This document shows, piece by piece, positions 53,206 to 64,000 of a DNA stretch of 64,000 nucleotides; the stretch's first letter is position 1, and every line of letters begins with the position of its first letter. The DNA is from Octopus sinensis (lineage: Eukaryota). The notes beneath the pieces were generated by a model. It ran no database searches, was not told the DNA's origin, and was given only the letters and a program-made list of their open reading frames with translations. The position numbers and the translations under genes were made by a program. The stretch is from NCBI RefSeq assembly GCF_006345805.1, contig NC_043012.1, positions 38,130,001 to 38,194,000 on the forward strand, read 5' to 3'.

Positions 53206-54019
53206 TAGTTTGTTTATTTATTGGTCAATGCTATGGTTGTGCTCATTTAGATATGGGAAGGTGAGGTCACGAACTTCTGCGATCGATTTGTTTGTCTCTT
53301 CATTGTGCCACTGATGATGATTTTGATAATTTGCTTAACAGGAATATATATTGAGCACTTAACACCATTAATTGTAATTTTGCTAAACACTGAAGAGGCG
53401 TTTTAGAAAGAATACATATATATATATGTCAACAAGCAGTTATGTAATCCTGGCAGTAATTTACTGAAACGCACGTCTGTGTCATAAAGCATAAAATACC
53501 AAATATATTTTCTATCCATTTTGTAATACGGGTATATTATTCCGCACCCCGCGTCCTACCGCACTCACTACTGAAATGAAGCGTAGACGCTACTATTGAG
53601 TGAGAGCGTAAATATATTCTCTACATTTACATGTGATGGTTGTCTCGTCTTACTGGATGATAGTCGTCTCACATTCGGCCTGGTTGTTCTGGTTTACTTT
53701 CATGTCGATATATGCACGGGTAAGACTTTTCACACCACACATCCATCGCCATAAGATTTTTTAAAACACAAATCTAACCAAGAAATGAAATGACATTAAG
53801 ACATCTGTACGTCATTGAGATTAAGGAACATAAGCTTGTACAACACTTTTTCTCACGCTCTCGGTCGCTATTTTAAGTTCTGGTGTCAAGCATTGCAAGA
53901 TGAACGACACTATTTTAACTGCAAGGTTTATGTCAGCTTATCTTTCTCCTAGACGAGCAACATTCCTCAAGGATTTATAAGAAATAACAGGAGCCTCTGC
54001 TACACCATGGAAAATCTCT

Positions 54020-54180
54020 TTAACCCATGGATGGGACCCTGATAGGGATTACCATTCCCGGTCAGAACTTGCCTGGGAGTAATGGTAATTAAGGGGCAAC
54101 TCCATGCTCCCTACCATTAGAGAACTCCTGAACTGGTGTCTCGTCAACGGATGCAGTTTATGTCAAACCCAGATTCCTTC
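54020..54180 (+). repeat. probable dispersed retroposon remnant
   Basis: gggaccct..accattcccggtcaga..cctgggagtaatgg..gatgcagttt recalled as an abundant cephalopod repeat; single copy here. Confidence 0.4.
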
Positions 54181-54927
54181 TCAGTCGAAGACACTTGTTA
54201 TATTCTTGTAGTTTGTATTTGTAATTGTGTATCATGCTCCCCGTTGTTTTTTTATCCTTGTTGCAGTACACATTCGCTAGATTTCATACAAAATATCTCA
54301 TGCTCTTAGCTTAGACTATTTTGAGGGCAACCAGATCGAACTGTCTCAAGTGTAACTGCCTGAAACCGTAAGGACATCTGGTAACTTGACTGAAGAAAGA
54401 AGGCCACGTATGACCCGTCCTTTTCCCGCCTGTCCTTCTAATTGTTGTTTCTCCTGCCCGTCTCTGTATCGACTGTTTTATTGTCCTCTATTGCGGTTGT
54501 GTTTTATTTTTATATACATATAGCGGCGTACGTACACACCTGTGCTCACCGTATATATATATATATATATATATAAACATAATGTACTGATCCGTGATAG
54601 AATATTCAACAAAAAAGTATTCCATCTGGTGAGAGAGAGATATTATTATTTAAAAGTCACAATACTTGTATTAATGCGCCACTAATAGTTTCATATGTTG
54701 AGAGAAGTCGAACATATTCTGCGGTCTCAAACCACATATAACGAACTAAAAAACTGAATAAATAGGAGAAACGAGATGAAGCTGAGAAGGTAGCATATCG
54801 AAAACGCAGAAAATAAACCACGGAACAACGAAACTAAGATGGCAAAAGGTAAAAAGTGCTATTCTCCTTAGGCCTTAAATGACAAGGTTGGAAAAATATC
54901 AAGTCAATCAGGAATATATATATATAT

Positions 54928-55050
54928 ACTAGCAGTATAAGCCGGCCTAGCCCGGGATTAAGTTACGATTATTAAGCTAATCAAGTTCTTTATTTCAAAT
55001 CAAACTAAGTAATATAGACGTCAAATTTGGGCGAAATCCGTTGAAATTAG
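54928..55050 (-). mobile_element. Helitron/HINE-type 3' end
   Basis: Minus strand cccgggctaggccggcttatactgCTAGT, same terminal atactgctagt as 12467-12477. Confidence 0.65.
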
Positions 55051-55090
<40 letters not shown>

Positions 55091-56759
55091 TATTATATAT
55101 TATATGTATTATATATGTATAAAATAATATAAATATATATGGGCAACAGACACGAACACACATACACACACGTACGTACGTATACCTATTGCATGTTTTG
55201 TGCACGCATACATGTTCATATACAGAAATGAATGGGGAAATGTTGTTAAATTTGTATTTTAACACTCGCACGATTTTCACTAAGAAAAAAATCGTTTTTT
55301 TTGCGTGGAATCAACTACTCTGGCCTCAAAACCCATTTTGTGGTCTGTGAAACGGAGTGAGGTGTGGTGGAAGCCTCGCAAATTGAACCCATTTATATTG
55401 TGTAATTCACTGACAAATTGTTACTCACCTCTTTGTTTCTTTGTTGTCAAATTAATGGATTGTAAACAAAATACTATTTTACACGGCGTAAAATAAAAAC
55501 AAAACTCTTTCGCACCCAAAGTAATGAGAGAGAGAGAGGGGGAGAAAGATGAACGATTTAAAATAAATAAATGATTTAAAATAAATATATTGTAATTCGT
55601 TTTTGGATTTGGTTTGCAAGATTCTTTATATGAGTTCGTGTGTTGAAGCATATTCTGTTGTGTCTGGGGAGAGTCATTTTCTTTTTGTGCCTTATTATTT
55701 AACACATTCACAGGTAAAATTTCCACTTAATTCTTATTTTTATTTTCCTAAACTTTTCGTTGCGTCTTGCAACCTTTTCAATATTCTTGAATCTGTCCGT
55801 TATTTACTCTGCGTTCCTTTTTGTTTGTTTGTGCGCATGTGTGTGGGTCAGTGTGCGTGTGTGTGTGTGCCTATACATGCACGCATGCACGTATACATGT
55901 GTGTGTGTTTGCATGTGTTTGTATGTATATATGTGTGTGCATCTGTATGTACGTGTCCTGCATATTTATGTGCTTGCATGTCCGTGTTTGTGCATTTTCT
56001 ATGTATGTGTGTGTGAGCGTGTGTTTGTATATGTATGCACCTCTGTCTCCTTGTGTGTGCATATCTGTGTGTGTGTGTGTGTGTGTTATGTAACTATGTA
56101 CCATGTTTGTATGGATGGATGTGCATCTTTATGTGTGTGGATCCGTGTCTCCCTATGTGTCTGTTAAAATAGTCTAAATACCTATCCGTCTGTATATTGA
56201 TCTGTTTATTTACATATCTAACATACAAACACACACACACACACACACACACATACGTACATGCGTGCATGTATAGGTACACACACACGCACTGACCCAC
56301 ACACATGCGCACAAACAAACAAGTATATTGTAATTGTTGTGTAAGAAAGTATATATACTATGATTATAAAATATAGTGTCTTTCAAAAACAAAAACAAAA
56401 CATTTCACATTTTATTTTTTATGAACGTCATCACTTACTCTCTCTCTCACTCTCTCTCTCAGTTTGTCCTTCCCGTGAAACTCTCTGTCTCCTTCTTCCA
56501 CTTTTCTTTATCTTATTTTTTTTGTTAGACGCCATCAAAAAAGCAATCACTGATATTTTTATGGCTAAAAGCTATGTCTGAAAATAGATTTTTCCCGGTA
56601 TCCGCCGGTGCGGATGCCGGGAAAAATAAGTTGACAAAACCCAGATAGGGTATTGATGAATGTCCTCCTAAAATTTGAGCTACATGCGTGCTAATTTGTG
56701 GATGTGCATAAATTACAATCACGTACACACACACACACATCATGCCGTTTATAGATATG

Positions 56760-56825
<66 letters not shown>

Positions 56826-57209
56826 TACATACATACATATATACATATTTACGCACCCACACACATATACACACAGGGTAAACCAAATGCCGCAAAGTAT
56901 GAAAATGCATTTGGTGCAATAGGTGAAGCCACCAGGTCATACCTAGTGATCACAATATATGGTCAGAGTACGTAGACTCCGGCCCTCCTGTATATTCCTG
57001 CATAAATATTACACGTTATTCATTCACATTCTCAGAAAAGATAAATATGTTTCTATACATTAGCTTAAAATAAAATTGGCAAAGGTACACTAGCATCATA
57101 GAGTCAGTGTGAGAGAAAAGGTGTGTGTGAGTAAGTTAATGTGATAGAGGAAGACAGAGAGAGGGTAAGAAGGAAAGAGAGGAAGAAAGACAGAGAAATG
57201 GAGCACGTG

Positions 57210-57254
<45 letters not shown>

Positions 57255-57477
57255 GTGCGATATAATGTAAGACAAAACAACGGTAATAATGTTGTCACAT
57301 TGTCAAGACTGTGCAAACGTTGTTGAAGTAAATTTATAGATTGATGTATTATTACAGAAAATATTCTAAGCAAACATTTACAACGAGACAGAAATACAAA
57401 AACACTGACACACCCAACTGTCTGTGTGTCTGTCTGTCTGCTTGTCTGCCAGTCTGTCTGTCTGCCTGCCTCCCTGC

Positions 57478-57544
<67 letters not shown>

Positions 57545-58997
57545 ATCACTACTTCGAGGCTGTCCTTAAAGCGGCTGGTTTCGGTCCCATCTTCTGCGGC
57601 TGGATCACTGCCTTATACAGCGGCATCCGCTCGGTAGTTCGCGTAAATGGTCATCTATACAGACCTTTTAACAACATGTGTTCGGTTCGTCAAGGATGCC
57701 CCCTCTTATCGCTTCTGTATGTATTGACTCTTGAGCCACTACTGCGGAAACTGGCGACGCTGAGGGGCATCCCACGAGAGCTGGGATGCGGTAGGAGCGT
57801 GTCTGCATACGCGGATGACGTCACCGTCATTGTGTTGAGCCACAAGCACATCGACCTGGTCGGCGAGACACTAAAAGAATACGAAGCGGTAACGGGAGCA
57901 AAAATTAACCAGGAAAAGTCAGTGGACTTGCGGCTCGGCACCTGGAGAAGCAAGCCCATGCCGTCCAACAGCGTATCCATCGTGGGACACTGGACCGACA
58001 GACCGGTTAAATTGCTCGGAGTCTGGTTCGGTCCGTACCTCCAAATGGAGAAGAACTGGGGCGAAATAACAACTAAACTGGGGCGAAATAGCGCTAAATG
58101 GAGGGCTAGGCATGCCGTGGTTGATGATGCGCAGACATGTTCTGAGACTGCGACATCTTCGGCGCTTCATAAACGACGGTGAACATGTGTGGTCGCCTCT
58201 TGTGCGAGGCGCTTTCCCGCAGCTCGTCTCCTTGGCCGAACTATAATCGTGGATCAAACAGAGACCGAGGCTAGGCGAATGGCACCGCGAGTGTCGCGTT
58301 GCTCTCAAGCAACTCTGCCGCCCGGGACCAAATTTGTGCGACTTCATTACAACAAAGGCGTTCTATAGAGGATTAGTGGAGGAGAGGTGCGACGACATTC
58401 TCGAGCAGAATCTGGGCGTCAACGAGAGACACCTGACCCGCCTATTCAAGACAACTTTCGGGCCGGGACCTATGGACAATCACCAAAGATCCCTAGCCTG
58501 GCAGTGCTATCGAGAAACATTACCTGTTCGGGATAAGCTCTACAGGTACGGTTCGAGACACACTGGACCGACTTGCTCGAGATGCGGTCAGAGCGACGAA
58601 ACCGTTCTGTACGCACTCGTGCAATGTCCATCCATTTCCGACCTGTGGGTTTATGCCAAACGGCCCTATAACGTGTGGGACGAGTCCGCCTGTCGGCCGA
58701 GTCTATTGTGAGAATTGAACCGCCCCCTTCCCTCAACCGGGAAGGCAAGACAGTTTTCATCGTACTGGTGGCCATGGTGAAAGAATGTGTGTGGTGGACC
58801 CGAGCGAAAGGATTAGAGACAAACACTTACCTCTCTGGCAAATTGCTCATCTTCAAGTACTACTTGAAAAGGAAGGTGAGAATGGAGAGGCAGGTTTTGT
58901 CTCGCGAAAGTTTAAAACAAATGGTGGGTGAATGTAGCAAAGATGGTGCGTGCGAGTGACGAAACCTCTTTGAGCATAAGATCCTGTAAGTTGTAAG
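57545..58997 (+). mobile_element. L1/Tx1-clade LINE 3' part (RT + CCHC), disrupted
   Basis: SVRQGCPLLSLLYVLTLEPL, SAYADDVT, GAKINQEKS, VKLLGVWFG, LAWQCYRETLPVRDKL, CSRCGQSDETVLYALVQC; ends at (GA)n. Confidence 0.92.
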
Positions 58998-59091
58998 AGA
59001 GAGAGCGAGAGAGAGAGAGGGAGAGAGAGAGAGAGAGAGAAAGAAAGAGAGAGAGAGAGAGAGAGAGAGGATTTTGCTCTCATGTGCTTAT

Positions 59092-59720
59092 TTCCTCCCT
59101 GCCTGAAGTCTCGGAGAATGGTGCGTTGGAGAGGTAGGGTTGTGGGGTGGGAGGTGAGGGGAAACGGGAGGCAGGAGACGGCGGGGCGCGTTCGTGGGGA
59201 GAGAGTAGATGCACGGTCCACGGAAGTGCTCTGGCAAGGGCGGTGTGGATAGTTGTGAGGGGATACCCCGTAGGATGAAGTGGCGAGCCATGAGTTGAGA
59301 CTAAATCTCAAAGTCATGGTCGTCACTACAGAGCCTGCGTAGACGGAGGAATTGGGAACAGGGGATGGAAAGCTAGGCGTGTTTAGGGTGGGAGGAGGAG
59401 AAGTTGAGATATGAGTGTGAGTCTGTGTGTTTGTAGTGGATGGAGGTGGTGAGAGTGGAGTGATGAATGCTGACCGAAATGTCAAGAAAGGAGACAGAGG
59501 TGTCAGAGATAGTGCAGGAGAAGTGGAGGGCAGGATGGAAAGATTTGACAAAAGAGAGGAAGGAGTCTAGATGTTCGTGGGAGAGTGAGGTCGCACCGAT
59601 ACGGTCGTCAATATAACGGCCATATAGTTCAGGAGCGGGTCCAGTGAAACTTGAGAATATTTGGGTCTCAACATAGCCAACGAAGAGGTTCGCATAGTTG
59701 GGGCCCATTCTCATTCCCGT
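59092..59720 (-). mobile_element. Penelope-like RT fragment (palm + thumb)
   Basis: MGPNYANLFVGYVE, RYIDD, VSFLDI, YKHTDSHSYLNFSSSHP, QFLRLRRLCSD..F..RGY. Confidence 0.9.
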
Positions 59721-60195
59721 GCACACACACATAAATTCATATATATTCTTTGTTTGCTTTTTAGTTATAACAAAAGCAATTGTACATTATTCTGAGGGAT
59801 TAATCTAAACCTTTGTAGAGTACAAGTTTATTCTTACACAAGAATACTGTCGACAGTGACTTCGAACTTTCGACCAGCTAGACAGTCCGATGATAGCTTA
59901 ACTGGACAAAACTTCGAGGACACTGTCAACAATAAGCCTGGTTTAGGAATAAAATCTCTCCCTACCTATAAGCATACATATATGCACATACACACACAGG
60001 CTCGCACACACAAACACGAGCGCGCGCACACATACATACATATGTATATAGTGGCTCATAGTTGCATACTTCCTCACAAACACACCACGCTGTTATACAT
60101 CACCAGAGTTGACACTCCTGTAGACACACAGGCACACTGCAGATGATACTCTCACCTTCACGTACTCTATCATTGAGTACATCTGACTCATTTCT

Positions 60196-60232
<37 letters not shown>

Positions 60233-60662
60233 GTCTGATACCATATTAATTCACATCGAATTCTTCCAACTGGAAAGATAATAATAATTCTTTAGCCTCC
60301 AGTCCCCACCTCTCACAGGCACACACATTCACACACACACATTAACACACATTTTAGAGCAAAAATATAAAATTAAAAACAATACCAATGAACTATACAA
60401 AAATATAAAACTATATTTAATGTTATCAAGTAATATGATAATATTACAATATTTTTTGGAAAAATCGAAGACAAAAACAACAACAAAAGCCGTGAATATA
60501 ATTATTTTAAAATACCTAGACGGACGATGAGAAATGCGTATATGCACGTACATGCATATATATATATGTATATGCATATGTATATGTATTGGCATATATA
60601 TGTAGATGTATCTATGTGCATGTATGGATATGTATGTATACATATACATACATACATACATA

Positions 60663-60714
<52 letters not shown>

Positions 60715-60807
60715 ACTAACTGTTGGAACACACGCACACACACACAATGTATCTATACATATGTATATATTTGTGTGATATTTAATACTATATGTATATA
60801 TATTATG

Positions 60808-60844
<37 letters not shown>

Positions 60845-60946
60845 TTATATACTTTCATATGTATATACATTTAAGTATACTTACCTATCTATATACAGTT
60901 AAACATATACAAACGTTCACACGTGTGCATGTATGTTTATATATAT

Positions 60947-60994
<48 letters not shown>

Positions 60995-61334
60995 ATACAC
61001 ACATAGATAAACCCCCGTAGAACTTAAAAATATTAAGAAGCCATTTTGTGCGGTAGAAAAGCTAATTTCTAAAAACATACATTAATCGCAGATTAATAGC
61101 GCTGGAATGGTATTTATTTGAAGACACAAATAGTAGTTATATATTTTAATATATTTCTATATTAGTGTGTGGAGAAAGAATTTTTGTTGTCTCTGGTCTC
61201 TTTATGAAATAGTACAATTGAAAAAGATGGAGAGAGAGAGAGAGAGAGAGACAGAGGGGAAGAGAGAGAAGGTCAGGAGGAAAAAGAAAGACAAACAGGG
61301 AAGAACAAGAGAAAGAGAGATAAATAACAATTCG

Positions 61335-61365
<31 letters not shown>

Positions 61366-61480
61366 CAATTTCTAATATTGACAAATAAAATTTAAATCAG
61401 GTAGAATTATAGAATAAAGTAATAAAATTACTACAGATATGTGTGTATATATGTGTATATATACATACATACATATATAT

Positions 61481-61512
<32 letters not shown>

Positions 61513-61574
61513 CGGAGAGGATAGAGAATCAGAGAGACAGTTATACACGCACATATATATATATATTTATACAC

Positions 61575-61615
<41 letters not shown>

Positions 61616-61918
61616 ATACGCGCACACGCATATATGTAAGATAGTACTACGTGTGTACGCACGCGCGTCTGATTTCGGTATCGATATATTTTCGAAAATG
61701 TACCAATTCGGAAGAATAAGTTTATAAAGATTTATGGTGTTTTTTTTTATGCCATTTTGTTTCTTTATCTTTTATAATAGTCTAAACTGTAGGAATAATA
61801 GTTTCTGCTGCTGCTGCTGCTGCTGCTGCTGGTGAAATTCGTATCTGGTGATTGAGACGATGTCGATCCGGATGACAATAAAATCTTGATAATTGTTTCA
61901 AATGTCGATTTCACTGTG

Positions 61919-62029
<111 letters not shown>

Positions 62030-62325
62030 GCCTTGTTCTTTCAGCTGCCCATAGTGCAACATTTTGAAGAAGGAGGTTTATCAGTAGTGGAGGCCATTCT
62101 CATCGCTTCCATTTCGCTCTGGAATCTGTGGTGCAAAAGCTAAAGGCACTGAGAAATATCATACACAGTGGAGAGTTGCAAGGCCGTCGCCTTCCACAGA
62201 TTACATTTCTGCCAGGCTCTGTTAAAATCCGTGTCATCGTCAGTAAAGATATTAACCAGGACAAGATTCCAAGTTGAGCACCTGGAAAGATCATACAGTT
62301 CTATATTGAAGAGATGAGGAATTAT

Positions 62326-62466
62326 GTACATTATTTACCTTATTTACATTTGACGGATATTTGTCCTCCTCTTATTTGTTGTTAATACAACATTTCGGCT
62401 GATATACCTTCATTAGGTGCCTTGTGGAAATTTCGAACCTGGGTTCTCATTCTTGAGGTGTTTTTC

Positions 62467-62542
<76 letters not shown>

Positions 62543-62878
62543 TCACTGCCTGGAATCGAATTCGGAATCTTGGGGTGAGTAGTCCGCGCTCTTAACCACT
62601 ATATGGCGTAGTGGTTAAGAGCGCGGACTACTAACCCCAAGGTTCCGAATTCGATTTCAGGCAGTGACATGAATAATAATAATGATGATTATAATAATAA
62701 TAATAAAAAAAAATAATAATAATAACATCGAAATATACCTTAGGAATGAGAAACCAGGTTCGAAATTCCCGCAAGACACCTGATGAAGGCTGGAGGGTAT
62801 ATCAGCCGAAACGTTGTGTTAACAACAAACAAGATGAGGACAAATATCCGTCAAATATAAATAATTTAAATAATGTAC
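62326..62878. mobile_element. 553-bp palindromic element: [HHR tail]-(TTA)n-[tRNA-like head]<>[tRNA-like head]-(AAT)n-[HHR tail]
   Basis: Arms 62326-62601 and 62609-62878 are reverse complements apart from microsatellite length and a deletion in the left HHR. Confidence 0.88.
62775..62820 (+). ncRNA. minimal type I hammerhead ribozyme
   Basis: gacac-CUGAUGA-a-GGCUG-N10-CAGCC-GAAA-CG-UU-guguu; palindromic ACGU in place of stem III; GUU triplet. Confidence 0.7.
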
Positions 62879-63800
62879 TGGAAAGTTCAGTTGACATCGA
62901 CGTGCGTTGCTGGTACCTTTGCGAACGGTCTTTAAAGCTGGTTGGAGTCTGGATTGAGTTAGAACTCGAAGCGGAATGAGGTAAGAACTAGTCAGAGAAG
63001 TATAAACTGACTGAAAATAAGATGTCACTGAAAGACAGTATTGAGGAGATTAACAGACATTACTTATTATTGCAAGATCATCACGCCATGTTTCAGGTTT
63101 TCTCTGACAAGTTGGTGCATTTTCACTTTCTGTCCTTGTTGAAAGGACGCATCTTGCTACTAACATCCTTTAGAAAGAAAGGTCCGTATGACGTACATGT
63201 ATTCCTGGCCGATGAGAAGATGTCACTGTTTGTCATGCGTGTCTTCCCAATGCTCGTCTCTGAGAAAAAAACTGCAAAAGATGTCCAAGAGTGGTCTCAA
63301 GAGAAAAACCAAAACTGGTTGTAAACGAACGGTAGATCGTCAATGTTTGCTTTTTGTACGGGATTACTAGTGAGTAAGTACAACGAAGTACTCGTGACGC
63401 TAGATGATCAGTTCTAGTCTGGAGAACTTTCGGTTCAAGAACTATGGTTAACTTGTATAAAACGCCAATCTGGTCGTATGACCGGAGGTAATTTTCCATT
63501 CGGAATAAACACTACATTTATGGAAGTACTACGTACTGGACACGTCCGATAATTTCACACAGAGACGAAACCGTTTTGTCAGTTACCAGGCATTGAAGAC
63601 TTGTAGAGTTATGTCTGTCAGTTGTGGCATGTAGGACAGATCCTTTATATGTGTTGAGAGGAATTCTTTGGGGTTTTGAGCAGGATGGGCAACTCGACCT
63701 GAAGAAAATTCTAGCTGGGCCCCACCTGCAGTTTATCTTGATATGAGATCACCATGTTGCGCATATTGGGTTGTGATGCATGTGCCTGCTGTAACCTTAT
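62879..63800 (+). pseudogene. heavily decayed L1/Tx1 fragment related to 57545-58997
   Basis: SLKLVGVWI ~ VKLLGVWF; WRTFGSRTMVNLYKTPIW..SIRNKHY ~ TTFGPGPMDNHQRSLAW..PVRDKLY; gacgaaaccgtt.tg shared. Confidence 0.75.
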
Positions 63801-63885
63801 CAGACGAGTAGCCATGATGAGTATACCGGGCTTCGTATATTTTACATCATGTGTCACTTTTATGGCATGCACTGCTCTCTCACTC

Positions 63886-63919
63886 TATGATGATGATAAT
63901 AATAATAATAATAATAATA

Positions 63920-63968
<49 letters not shown>
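63886..63968. repeat. (TAA)n microsatellite
   Basis: Direct reading. Confidence 0.95.
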
Positions 63969-63969
<1 letters not shown>

Positions 63970-64000
63970 TAAGATATTAGTCAAGTTTGTGGATTCGAAG

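Noticed and set aside
62030-62325. Possible decayed RT on the minus strand (PHLFNI...NIFTDDDTD)
   Set aside because: Only loose resemblance to PTLFNI / NLRFADD; not convincing by eye
62604-62670. tRNA gene pair
   Set aside because: Poor acceptor and anticodon stem pairing; treated as tRNA-derived heads of the palindromic element

Overview
Repeat-saturated eukaryotic DNA with no recognisable host protein-coding exon. The SINE families and very dense (TA)n, (TAA)n, (ATCT)n, (GAT)n and (CA)n microsatellites look like an octopus genome; this is an inference from recall, not a database check. Nearly all ORFs in the track are microsatellite translation artefacts. The real coding remnants all belong to transposons: several R4/Dong-clade RT + restriction-like-endonuclease LINEs lying in (TAA)n, an RTE 3' end with three C2H2 fingers, two L1/Tx1-clade fragments, Penelope-like (PLE) RT and GIY-YIG fragments, and a decayed Tc1/mariner transposase. 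There are also mariner-, hAT- and Helitron-type MITEs and many tRNA-derived SINE copies. The most interesting signal is a set of minimal type I hammerhead ribozymes (HHR) in short non-coding elements. One is fully intact (42340-42403, minus strand) inside a 150-bp foldback. Another lies in a 553-bp palindrome built as tRNA-like Pol III head + (AAT)n + HHR tail, twice, head to head (62326-62878). A 100-N assembly gap lies at 35031-35130.
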